The notes: generated from the letters alone by a model not told the origin. A stretch of DNA of 64,000 nucleotides from Eledone cirrhosa (GCA_964016885.1 OZ024740.1:286874001-286938000), one strand, 5' to 3'. Shown: positions 35,056-46,718, counted from the stretch's first letter. A program made the numbers and translations.

Positions 35056-37872
35056 TCAGGTGTAGTTTTGGCGTATTTCGGGAAGCATGAGTGTCTTAAA
35101 GGATGCAGTGTCTCGGCAGCTAACAATTGACGCAGGCAGTTTGTTCCATGCTTCAGCAACTCTGAGCGTGAAAAAATGTCTGCGAAAGTCATGGGAGCTG
35201 TGCTGTTTTCTTATCTTGTAGGCATGTCCACATGTGTTAGACACATGGAGATCAAAGAGGCGCTCAGGGTTGCAGTTGGCGAGATGGTTAAAAACTTTGT
35301 GGGTATTCACCAAGTCCATTGCCAGACGTCGGAGCTTCAATGAATCCATGCCCAGGGAAGCAAGGCGTTCAGAGTATGGTAGGTGTCTGATGGAGGGTAT
35401 GCGCTTGGTTGCACGTCTCTGAACAGTTTCCAGGAGGTCAATGTTCCGAGCAAGATAGGGGTTCCAGACTAATGATGCGAATTCCAAGTGTGGTCGCACC
35501 ATAGCTGTATACAGTTTTAAATAGATGGCTGGAGAGCGGCTAACAAAGGTCTTGCTGAGTGATGCCAAGACACCCTCGGCCTTCTTGACAATCTTAGAGA
35601 CATGCTTTGTCCAACGCAAATCGTTGCTGACAGTAATGCCCAGGTCACGTTCACAAGAGGACTTTTTGATGTCAGTGTTGTGGAGGGAGTATGTGGACGC
35701 TGGATTTTTCCTTCCAAAATGCATGGTGGTACACTTGTCCACAGCCAGCTTCAGTTGCCAGTCTGTGATCCATTGCTGCATTGTGTCCAGGTCTGATTGT
35801 AGGAAAGAGTTGTAAATTTCAGGATCAGTCCTTTTGATTTCAAGGTACAGCTTGATGTCATCTGCATATTTTAGTACCGTGGCATTCTGTAAGTTGGCAT
35901 CTATGTCATTAATATATGCCACAAACAAAAGAGGACCAAGAACAGATCCCTGTGGTACACCAGATGACATCTCATATGGTGAAGAATGCTGTCCTAGAAC
36001 CGTGACTACTTCCTTTCGGCTGAGAATGAAGGATTTCAGCCAGTCGAAAAGATCATCCCTCACACCCATTGCAGAGAGTTTTGCCATAAGTCTTTTGTGT
36101 GGCACAGAATTAAAAGCCTTAGCAAAGTCAAGGTAAACAACATCCACCCATGAGCCGCTGTCAGTGATCCGGGTGATGTCCTCAAGGAACTCGATAAGCT
36201 GATCACAGCAGCTGGAGTTAGGGATAAATCCAAACTGTGAGGGCCGGATGAGGCTGTGAGAGCTCCAGAAGTTCCATTCTCTGACACAGGATTCCATCAG
36301 TTTGGCCATACAGCTAGTAAGACTGACTGGACGATAGTTGACAGGTGACATGCGGTTGCCCTTTTTGAACAGGGGAATGACACTGGCAGTTTTCCACTGC
36401 TCCGGAGTAGCACCATTGCTGAGACAGTATTGAAAGAAAAAAGAAAGCTGGTGCAAAAGGAAATCCCGCCACGTTTGAGAAGCAGGTATGTCACACCATC
36501 AAGACCAGGGGAGGCATAGTTGAGCTTATTCTTAAGGTGACGTTGCAACATTGCAGGTGTAAATTTCATAGTTGTTATGGAATTTGATGTTAGAGATGGT
36601 GGAGATGGTACATTCTGGTTTTCAACAGTAAAAATACTTGCATAGCACTCAGCAATGAGTTCTGCGCATTCCTTGGGATCGTCAGTGATCTGGCTTGTGT
36701 GGGGATTGCAAAGAGGACCAACTGGAGAGTGAGGTCTCTGCTTTGAATGAACATATTTCCAGAACACCTTACTGTCAGGATTGGTTGCGATGCACTGTTC
36801 AAATTCAAGCACTGCCTTCTTTGTCACTTGCTTGAGATGGTTAGAAGATTTATTCCGCTTTTTTCTGTTGGCATCTGATCTATGCAGTTTATATTCCCGT
36901 TCAGCGTTCCGACGTTCTTTCCTGGCAAGTCGGACTGCTGAAGTTTCCCAGATTGCACTTTTGGGGTGGTTATTTTTCCGCTTCCGTGGCACTGATGCTG
37001 CACACGCTATCCATATTGAGTCCAGGATGCTCTGGAGTATAGAGTTCACATCTCCAGAGTTATACATCTCATGCCAGTTTGGACGCTGTAGCTCAGTGCA
37101 GTACAAGTTCCAATCCGCCCTCTTCCAATCAAAGCAAGCAGATTGAAGATGGCTCTGGTTTTTGTTGCTGCCCTCAAGTGCCAGATTGGCAATGATCATA
37201 GCATGATCAGAGTCGCCTAGAGGTTCCTCAGTAGTACAACTGATAACCACTTCAGGAGTAGTGGTGAAGATCAGGTCCAAAGTGTTGTCACCTCTTGTTG
37301 GAGAGGTGACTACTTGTGACCAGTTTGAGTCCAGCACTAGTTCAAGGAAATCGTTTGCACCCTGTGGCCAAAGAAAGGTTTCCCAATCGATCTCAGGATG
37401 ATTGAAGTCACCTGCAATAAACACATAAGTGGCTGTTTTCTTGGCAGCAACTCTGAGGATATCGCAAAGCTGTGTGTCCTGATGGTAGTTTGGGGGGCGA
37501 TAAACAACACCAAGCAGAAGTGTTGACATGGTCATACGTATGTCACAGAAAAAAATTCTTCCTGTGATTCGTTCAAATCAACGCAAGGAATTACCGAAAA
37601 GTTTGAACGAACGTAGACCATCACACCACCACCACGGCGGTTAATGCGGTCCTTGCGGAAAAGGTTGTACCCAGTAATGGTGAAAACCCCATCACATAGT
37701 AAGGAATGTGCCCATGTTTCCGTGACTGTGATGAAGTCAGGGTCGATGCTTCTGACGTAGGATTCGAACAGATGTATCTTGTTGCATAAACTGCAAGCAT
37801 TTAAGGACAACAATTTGTACCTTGCTCGCAGTTTATGATGGTGTGTAGAGGGTGGCAGGTTGTTCTGGTTTA
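35056..37872 (-). pseudogene. CR1 ORF2 (APE endonuclease + RT), split by two single-base frameshifts
   Basis: Segments 37532-37813 (LSLNACSL, TVTETW, RRGGGV), 36297-37535 (GVVYRPP, AGDFNHP, LDLIFT, SDH) and 35056-36456 (YRPVSLTS, YLDFAKAF, GVPQGSVLGP, YADD, ERDLG). Both breaks (~37550, ~36457) fall in poly-T runs. Confidence 0.9.
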
Positions 37873-39252
37873 GTTTCCCAGAGTTGTAGCAGTTTTTACA
37901 TTGCCAGTTATTGTGGGTAGATCACACTCAGACCACGTTTCACCAGCCTTGACAAACCTCCAGATCTGCCCATCATCACGCAGACTGAAACTTTCATCTT
38001 GTGCTGAGTTCCGATTCAAGGAAGCTGCAGCACGTAGTTTTGGACGTACATGGGGTGGTAGGCCTGGGCGTGTTCGGAAGGTAATCCGATTTTCACGCCC
38101 AGCTTTAGCAGAGGCCAGATGATATGAGGTTGCCTCTGCGGGGTCCGAGAAAGACAGCCTGATGAGTCTGGGTTTTGGACCAGGTCGACCAAGGCGGAGG
38201 GCACCCTTTGGGGGAACACAGCCTAGGTCATTGGCTGAGCTGGCAGCAAATGCCTGAAGATCGGCCTTGTCCTCTGGTACCCCAATGGCAATCACTTCAT
38301 GGGTAGCAGATTCCGCAGTCTTTTCAGTCTTTCCAGCAAGAGGTACAGGGAGATTCTTTAGCAAGGCATTCCGATAAGACCCCTCATTGTGGGGTCCTAC
38401 CCGAATGCTTGCCTCTATTCCTGCAACTTCCCTTCTCAGAGCAGAAATCATTAGTTGCAGTTCCGCAAAATCTGTACTGGTCGATTGTTGTTGTTGTTGT
38501 TGTTGTTGCTGCTGCTGCTGTCGTTGTTGGTGATGATGATGTTCCTCCACGGGAATGGCAGGGGAGGACACAGTCGCAGGTTGTTGCTGTTGTTGTTGTT
38601 GTTGGTGATGATGATGTTCCTCCACGGGAATGGCAGGGGAGGACACAGTCGCAGGTTGTTGCTGTTGTTGTTGTTGGTGATGATGATGTTCCTCCACGGG
38701 AATGGTAGGGGAAGACACAGTCACCAGTTGTTGGTGTCGAAATGTACTGGGAGTGGAAGACATGGGTTGTTGTTGTTTCTGATGTTCTCCCACAGGAATA
38801 ACAGTAGAAGTCAGTGTCATAGGTTTTTGCCGTTGTTCAGTAACAATGGTAGAGGAAGACACAGTCATTGGTTTTTGTTGTTGTTGTTGTTGTTTTTCAA
38901 TAACATTAGTGGAGGCAGGCACACAGGCCAGACACTGAAAGGACCAGGATTTTAGCTGGACCATCTCCCATATTCCATCCATCATAGCATTATGATGTCT
39001 CTTTTTTTGGCCTGGGATCCTCCGGAAGCCTGTGGCGCATTGAAGGCAGACAGAGATGCGACAGGTTCCACATTCGACCCAGCGATTACGGAACGAGTTT
39101 TCGGGTTCCGCACAGATATGGCAGATGTGATTTTCTGGGCAATGTTCTATCTTGGGACATCGGCCGGTTTTGTCGCATATTTCATCGATGGATATCACCA
39201 TGGCAATTTTGTTATTTCTACCCATCCGTAGAAAAACACAGAATCTAAACAA
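37870..39252 (-). CDS. CR1 ORF1 protein: PHD-like finger, polyQ/H repeats, coiled coil, RRM-like domain (likely start MGRNNK near 39225)
   Basis: CHIC...WVECGTC...CLQC...FQCLAC. Repeats of TVSSPAIPVEEHHHHQn. LQLMISALRREVAGIEASI heptads. VIAIGVPE...LRLGRPGPKPRLIRLSF is typical of CR1/L2 ORF1. Confidence 0.85.
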   Translation of the reverse strand: MFRFCVFLRMGRNNKIAMVISIDEICDKTGRCPKIEHCPENHICHICAEPENSFRNRWVECGTCRISVCLQCATGFRRIPGQKKRHHNAMMDGIWEMVQLKSWSFQCLACVPASTNVIEKQQQQQQKPMTVSSSTIVTEQRQKPMTLTSTVIPVGEHQKQQQPMSSTPSTFRHQQLVTVSSPTIPVEEHHHHQQQQQQQPATVSSPAIPVEEHHHHQQQQQQQQPATVSSPAIPVEEHHHHQQRQQQQQQQQQQQQSTSTDFAELQLMISALRREVAGIEASIRVGPHNEGSYRNALLKNLPVPLAGKTEKTAESATHEVIAIGVPEDKADLQAFAASSANDLGCVPPKGALRLGRPGPKPRLIRLSFSDPAEATSYHLASAKAGRENRITFRTRPGLPPHVRPKLRAAASLNRNSAQDESFSLRDDGQIWRFVKAGETWSECDLPTITGNVKTATTLGN

Positions 39253-41134
39253 TATAGGTTTAGCGCACTTGATTACGATAGAAATAAAATGACTGTTTTT
39301 TTGTGTATTTTGTTTCCGTTTTCCTAAATGTTGTGTGTGTACAGAAGAGTCTGAATTACATTACATGTAAACAAATAAATATGCTGCGTAAGTTAAATGA
39401 AACGTACTGTAGAAGGCAGTTGTTTATTAACAGCGAAATAAGGTTTTTTTTTTGTTTGTTTTTTTCCCCTGATACTGCTTCTTTATAGTAAACTTTCAAT
39501 AATATTTTTTTTCAAATTATTAACTTTCAGCTGCTAGTATATATATATAATTAAAAGGTGTATGTGGGTTAGAAGCGAGGTCAATGTTAAGAAATATTTT
39601 ACCAATGTAAATTGGTAAAATTGGCCGGTATAGTGTCTCACACGAAATAGTGTGGTTTCTTTTCACGTGTGTGTATATGCATATGGTATGTATCTGTATA
39701 TAAATCTGTGTGTATATTGTTGTTTATATGTTTTGTGGAGTACTTACTGCGATCCTTAAGGGACGTAGTGATTTGTTTTGTTTTTTTTCCCTTTTTTCCC
39801 CGTCCATGTCCACACGTGGTTTGTTGGCGAAAATCAAGTCAAATTATATATACTTCGTTAAAATAATTCTATCTTGAAACTGGTACTAGTTGTCAGGGAA
39901 CAGTGAAAGTAATTGTGATAATGAATATTGTAATCCATCTGACATGTGTTTAAAGGGCAGTTTTTGGTGAAAATATTATATTTTGTTCGGTCAAGACGTG
40001 GTCAAGCGATGTGTATACAAAGGATGTGTATACATATACGAAATGCAAGTATAATTGTATGATGGGTATTGCATTGTTATGCAATGGGTATTTTGTGTGT
40101 GTTATAGCTCTTGCATACATACATGCACACACAAAGTATGGTTATTTTAATTAATTTCAAATAGCTTGTTGGAGATAAATGTTCAATTTGATTCATCTAT
40201 GACTTCATATTGGTATTTACAAGACAAAAGCCAATGAAGGTATAGACAGACTTTATCATGGAGGTACTTGTATTCTTTTGCTCAAGGCCCTCACATCCAC
40301 TTACCAAATGGGTTACATTTTCCACCATCTTTCCACAGAGCCTGAATTTCTGGGTGTCAGAAGTTTTGTAAATGTTATACTTCACCAGATTAGTAGCAAG
40401 AGCTTGGTCTTCCCTTGCAACTAAAAGGCTTTCAGTGGAATGTTTCAAATCACCTTGCTTAAGCCATATCCACCAGGTTGTTTTATCCTTGATATTCTGT
40501 GTATTTCTTTCAAATTGACCATGCATTCTCATTCCTAGAAGATCTTTTCTTTTCTTCTCAGCTCTTCCTTTCCAACCATTTCTACTTCATTTATACCCAT
40601 ATCTTCTGCATATTGCAACAACTCTTCATCACTGTTTACTAAATATTCTGCAAGTATTCTCCTTTCACTCCTTATACAATGACCCAGTCTCTGCCACCAT
40701 TCTTTCTCTTAATGACCAGATTTCTTGCATTCAAGTTGGACTTTAAAATCATTTTTACTCTTAGATATATTCCTCTAACCTTTTCTTTTATTTCTGTGTG
40801 CAAAATATTATCTAGTTCTAAAATCCCCAAATGTTTATAGCTGCTGTTCCATGGTTTCTCCTGATGGCAGTTGTAATCCACTACAAACTGCTTTCTTCCT
40901 TCTTTTTATGTTGAGCACAGAATATTTGGAAATCCCAAATACCATACTGATGTCACTGTTACATATCTGAACTGTTTTAACCAATGAGTTTATTTGGTTT
41001 TCAGACTTCCCAAACAGTTTCAGGTTATCCATAACAGAAGGTGGTTTATGAATGACCCTTGCTTCCCACATTGGTAACCCTTTAAAATGTTTTTGAGTGT
41101 GAGTGTTTTAGATAACAGTGCAATAACAGATAAT

Positions 41135-41279
41135 TATTTCTACTTTTGGCACAAGGCCAGCAATTACCCAGTGTATTATTGGTACTTTATTTTATCGACC
41201 CCGTAAGGATGAAAGGCAAAGTTAACCTTAGCGGGATTTGAACTCAGAATGGCAAGGGCCGTAACTCTATGTGTCAAAG
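41135..41279 (-). mobile_element. 5'-truncated tRNA SINE with 19-bp TSD
   Basis: TSD cagtgcaataacagataat at 41116-41134 and 41280-41298. Confidence 0.9.
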
Positions 41280-42038
41280 CAGTGCAATAACAGATAATAA
41301 TGGTGAGAATGAGTCTGAGAAAGACATTGCTTGAGTATAACTTGGTTTTCAACTCTGGCATATGCTATTCAGCAGAAACTTTATGATATTGTCTGCAATA
41401 CCAAACATCCGCCAATGTTCACAAATCCAAGATGGGGGCATCATATCATATGCCTTCTTAAAGTCAATCCAGGCTATAGATGTTTGTGTGATGTTTCTTA
41501 CAAAATCTCAAGACGTATCAATAACCAGCTGATATTTGGTACCGTGGGACCACTTCCTACATCCTTTTTGTTTTCTTGGTAATATGTGACAGAAAATATC
41601 CCAGTGAGAACCTTCCATATTATGTTTAAGCATGCAATAGGGTAGTAGCTTCCCACAGGATTCCCCTTACTTCTATGTTTTATCACAAGCATTGTCCTCC
41701 CTGTAACTATCCAGGTGGGGACTACACCTCTCTTAACACATTAATACAATTGTGTTGCCAGTCTTTCAGTCTTTCATGTACTGCATTGCATCTCTTCAAC
41801 CAAAAGTCATGAATCCCATAAGATCAGGGGGTTTTCTAGTTTGGTATGTTGGCCACTTGATCTATCACATCTGCCTGTGCTTATGGCAATATCTCTTTGT
41901 AATTCTGTCTTGATGGTGTCTATCCACTTAGCACCCTTTCTATGCCTCATACTGTTTCCTCATATCCCTTTCCAGAACTCCTAGACCTTATCAGCATTAG
42001 GGATAGCATTGTTTTGTATTATTTTGGAACACTATTCT

Positions 42039-42123
42039 TTGCCTTTCATCCTTACGGGGTCGATAAAATAAAGTACCAGTAATACACTGGGTTATTGCTG
42101 GCCTTGTGCCTAAAGTAGAAACA
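42039..42123 (+). mobile_element. Severely 5'-truncated SINE with 21-bp TSD
   Basis: TSD attattttggaacactattct at 42018-42038 and 42124-42144. Confidence 0.9.
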
Positions 42124-42394
42124 ATTATTTTGGAACACTATTCTCCTTGAACTGTTTATTTCCATTCACATATCTTCTAGCTTTTCGAGAGAATTCTCTG
42201 TTTTAGTTGTTCTATTACTGTATGGAATTAATTCTTCTTTATTTTATATGTCTTGTCTAGTGCTTCTCAGTCAGCCTTTTTCCTATTTATCCACTTTCCT
42301 CTAAACCATCACTCAACTTTACTTAGATCCTGCTTTAACCTGGGTTTCCCTGAGGCTTGGCTTCTGGATCTACAAGCCACACAAATATCTCTGC

Positions 42395-42820
42395 AAATTC
42401 ACCATAGACTCTTTTGCACTCCACCCACTGTCCTGTCACTACAGTGCCAGCCGCCAACCACAACATGCTGCTCTCAACAAGGTATAAAGCATGGCTTGGA
42501 TGCTGCAGGCTTCCCCTCCCAGCTCAAACCGGCGAGGCTGTACTGAGAGGATAGCAAAAGGCCAGACGGCATGACCATATTCCCATTCCACGGTAGTAAA
42601 CCTCTCGTATAGGATGTCGCATGCAGCGGCACATTCTCCACCAGCAAACTGGTGCAGTCTGTGACTAACCCAGACTCAGCTGCACTTTGTGCTGAGGAGG
42701 GTAAACTCTCCAAATATTGGTCACTCTCTGACAGGTTTGCAGTCGAGCCAGTAGCAGTGGAGACTTCTGGTGTCTTTGGTCCTAGGGCCATTTCCCTACT
42801 CACCACCATCGGCACAGAGC
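42395..42820 (+). pseudogene. Fragment of a CRE-like non-LTR element (Zn knuckle + restriction-like endonuclease) nested in the R4-like element
   Basis: Manual translation across one frameshift and two stops: HPLSC..SASR..QHAALN / IKHGLDAAGFPSQL...KRPDGMTIFPF...DVAC...AEEGKLSKY...PVAVETSGVFG. Confidence 0.7.
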
Positions 42821-44974
42821 TGTAGAGATAGCTTCAGCTTCTGCTTTAACCTCTCTTTGTTGTTCATCTACAGCTTCCTTTCTGCATTCACTAATCTGAG
42901 ATATTTCTACCTCAGTTAACCATCCCTTCCTCCTAATCACCCTCACTTGATTCCTTAGTTTACTTTCAGACATCTCAAACATACTCTTTTCCATCTGAAA
43001 GTCCACAATGCAACATCCTACTCTTCTATTTTTGCTCTTTCATGACATTCAATCAGTGTAGCGCACACTTCCACTGTCCACTTGTCTAGCTGTACACACA
43101 TTCTGTGTGTGATCTGTTGCTTGGTAACGACTGTCCTGAGCCAGATCACTTCCTTTGTTGCCGTGGGCTCCAAACATACAGGGCAAGGAACCTTCACTGT
43201 GATTGGTTCTAGCCTACATTAGAGTAGGTTGTTGTATCTTTTTCTCTCCATTGGTTTTTTTATTACCATCTCTATGTAACCTGCCTCACCAAGTTAAATT
43301 GTGTCTTTTTTATTATCATTATCAACACTATCACCACCACCACCATTATCAGTAATATCGTTATCACCATCACTATTATATCACTGTCACTACTATCACT
43401 GTTACCACTATCACTGTAGTTGTGGTATTGTTAGTAACAACAACAACAACAATATTTATTATTAGTAGCAGTAGCAGCAGAAGTAGTAGTGTTCTACTGG
43501 AGTTGGGGCTATTGCTGGTATGGGGATGATGTTTGTGGTGTCATTGCTGTCTGTCAAGACAGTGGTAGTGGGAGTGGGAGTGTTGGAATATACTCTGCCT
43601 TTCAACAGTTGATAGATGTTTCAAATGTTTTTTCCGTAGTGGAGGTGGTGCTACTAGTTGGTCTTGTCGATGTTGATGTTTTCTCTATACTTCTACTGGC
43701 CATATCAACTATTGCTTTATTGTCACTGATTTTGTTGTTTTATTTTCCTTTCATCTGAGCGATCGAGATCTTGAGTTTTCCCCCCTCTCTCTCTGGTTTG
43801 AGTATATGCCTGTAGAAAAAAAATTCATTCTCCTTCTCCTTTTTATTAGTACTAGCAGAAAAACCACCCTCGGGTGGTTTTCTGCTAGCATGTGTAGTGT
43901 GCATATTGATATTATACGCAGGTATATATTTAACGAATGGTAATAATGAAATGTTAAGTTAGAATGGTTATATGTGGTTATTAGAAATGACAATAATAAT
44001 AAGAATATGTATAATAGTTATAACGAGAATATAATGAATATAAAGAATAAATGATTTGGTTATATATAGTTTACTTCACGTGAATCAATTAAAAGATATA
44101 ATAAACAAGTTACTATAAGTTGCAAAGATTGACAATATTATTTTGTTGTTGATGTGTAGGCTGTTGTAGTCTGTTGTTGTTGGTGTGAAAACAGCGAGCG
44201 ACAGATAATTGATGTTGTTGGAATTTGGAGAACGTGGTAGTAGTTGTTAGACTGTAGTTAATAAGAGAGAAAGATATGGTTCGTATATCTCTGAATGGTC
44301 TGTAGTAACTGAGAAATACCGTGAACTGCATACAGCGGTGAATCTTTCACATTTGTGTTCTGTATAGCATGGTTCCAATCGCTCTGGGTGTATCTGTAGA
44401 CTTTATGGGGTCTGTTGAATAGTGGTGAATCTTTACATAGCTTGTTATTTGGTGAGGTGCTCCGATGTCTCTGTCTGTAGACCCTTTGGGTCTATTGATA
44501 GCAGTAAATCCTTACATAGCTTGTTCTGTAGTGGGGTGCTCCGATGTATCTCCTTCTGTGGGATGATAGCACCGGCTTTATATAACTATCGCTTTCTGTC
44601 CCCCACATTGAGGGGACAGTCAAAATATCAACCTGTTAACACTAAAAATGTTTTGACCTAGAATTTGATCTTTAGGTATCACCCAAAGTTCAAGGCGCAG
44701 ACAGATTTCGCTACATATACATCAAATAAAATCGTAATTGACGATATATAATACATAGAAATTGAACGAAGACTGCGTTACACTGTCTTATTTAATCTGT
44801 AACGTAATCCATGATACATTAAAAAAGACGATATTATATATAAACTGCATTAGGAGAAAATTAGTATGTTTATTTAAGCGATGGCCAACCGGAAGTGTTG
44901 ACATTTCAGAAATTTTAAAGAAGTGAATCTTTAAATAAACAAAATATATTTAATCAAAATCTTCGCTATACTTC

Positions 44975-45712
44975 TACTGTGACTTCTTTCCACTGGCATT
45001 TCTTCCCCTATCAGTCATCCATGCACATCACATGCCTGTACCAGTCTCTTCTCGTGCATATCCCCTCAGATTCCTCTTAAACCCAGTTTCTCCCTCAGTT
45101 CATCCAAGCTCTGCCTTTCTCTTAAGTTTGCATTTCACATCCAATGAAGCATGGCTGTTTCATTTCTCTCCAGTCGATGCATGTCTTCTTCAGTCACTGC
45201 CCATGTTTCACTACCATGCAGCATTGCACTTTGCACACAGTTGTCCGTTTGTACATAGGGAGAAACCTTTTGTTGTCAACAGTGGAAGTTGCTCTCCCAT
45301 CCTATCTTTATTCTAGCTATTATGCTCTCAGCACCCTCTGTTGCTAATTAAGCCACCTAGATCTAGAAGCTATTAACCACTTCTATGGACCCTTCCTGTT
45401 TTTTGAAGAAGTTTATATCACTGATACTCTTTCTCTCAATTACTCCCGTGCATTTTCTACAGTTTTCCTTTCCCGTTACTCTACCTGTTATCCCATTACA
45501 TATCTTGTGTACCCAAGATTTACATTGTGTACACTGTATGGAGTTTATGCCTACTCCTTTTCTACATATTGAGCAGGGCCACTTCCTTGAAGGGATCAGA
45601 GTCCTATCTTCTTTCCTACTCACTAGCTCTTTAGTTTTGGCTAAGTTTACACTCAGATCCTTTGATTCCAAATACCATTTCCATAGACAGAACTTAATTT
45701 CTAGTTCTTTTT
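44975..45712 (-). pseudogene. Decayed RTE fragment (RT C-terminus with Cys-rich finger)
   Basis: ORF 45363-45671 LSVNLAKTK...WPCSICRKGVGINSIQCTQCKSWVHKIC is homologous to the intact RTE. Confidence 0.85.
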
Positions 45713-46559
45713 AGGTCTGCTCCTTATAATTTTGCTGTGAACTGTATTTTCATACGAAACTCTTAATGTTCTGTGCAGCATGAAACTGCATTAATAAGGC
45801 ATTCTTGAAAAGTACCAAACAGCACTATGACTGCATCATATTAAAAATTCAAAATTTCAAAATGATCTGTCCACAAGTAAAGATACTATAAATAGTTGAA
45901 CTAACAGATCCCGTTTTTAGATATTTTCCTCCAAATCACTAAAGGATGTTAAGTGTTAAAATATATAAAATGTTTGGTGTTCTAAAATCATTAATAAGTG
46001 GTGGGGTTTTGCAGTAGCACTAACACAGCGTAATTCAGAATAGAAATGTATACATAGATATATCTCGCTATATATATATTTTATGCCGTGAACATGTCAC
46101 AAACACTTCAGTAGCTGTGTGAGAACGTCAAATACTAGCATTTCAGGATCTTTATCTTCAGTGATATTTACTTAATCGATACTGAAGTAAAATAAGCTGA
46201 CAGCTTATATATATTTACACACATTTGCAAATGATACATTTATAGGGATGCACATTTACATATAGCGCGAGCTTGACGGGTTTGTATTAATTAGCAATAG
46301 CACTAATAAAGCGTGATTCAGAATAGATAAGGGAAACCCTACAAGGATAAAAGGGAATCATCAGAGAATTTTCAGTATGTATTTTTATCAGTTGCCATTT
46401 TGGTAAAGATAAACAGAAAACTAGAATGAATCTCAAGAATGTTTCATAATGAAAATAACAATAATACTGTAATTAAAACATCTGAACGAACATAATTAAA
46501 CAGAAGGGAAGGGCAACGTATTCAGTTTAACAATGCAGGGAAAAGTTATGTTTCTTCAA

Positions 46560-46694
46560 TGTTAGCAGCTTTCGCCGCAAGAGGCGCTTCTATAAGCAGG
46601 AAGTCGTAAGCTTTCCATTTTGGACTTGAATTGCTTGTTTTTATCAACCATTTCATTACATTTATTGGGTCTTCGAGTAATAACAGAAGCATCC
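46560..46694 (+). promoter_or_regulatory. Candidate VPS4 promoter / 5' UTR
   Basis: CpG-containing patch (ttcgccgcaagaggcgc) and an ETS-like CAGGAAGT about 90 nt upstream of the ATG. Confidence 0.45.
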
Positions 46695-46718
46695 ATGACA
46701 TCTGGTGGCACTTTGCAG
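46695..46718 (+). CDS. VPS4: Vacuolar protein sorting 4 (AAA ATPase), coding exon 1
   Basis: ATG ACA TCT GGT GGC ACT TTG CAG|gtaaat = MTSGGTLQ, phase 0, joins KAIELVTK as in metazoan VPS4 (..TLQ|KAI). Confidence 0.88.

Larger units (their letters stand above)
34906..39300 (-). mobile_element. CR1-clade LINE, near full length (ORF1 + EN/RT ORF2 + 3' UTR with microsatellite tail)
   Basis: PHD-finger ORF1, APE and RT domains, CR1-type C-terminus FFTLRVAEAWNKLP, short (TTG/TTA) tail at 34906-34924. Confidence 0.9.
40190..43260 (-). pseudogene. Decayed R4/Dong-like non-LTR retrotransposon (RT + restriction-like endonuclease type)
   Basis: Ordered fragments KLRNQVRVIRRKGWLTEVEI, YPIACLNIIWKVLTGI, MDNLKLFGK, YKHLGILE, MHGQF...WLKQGDLK..TESLLVA..DQAL...RLC...THLVSGC, with many stops and frameshifts. 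Confidence 0.75.

Noticed and set aside
38409-38955. Plus-strand poly-L and poly-V ORFs
   Set aside because: Antisense reading of the CAA/CAG repeats in CR1 ORF1.
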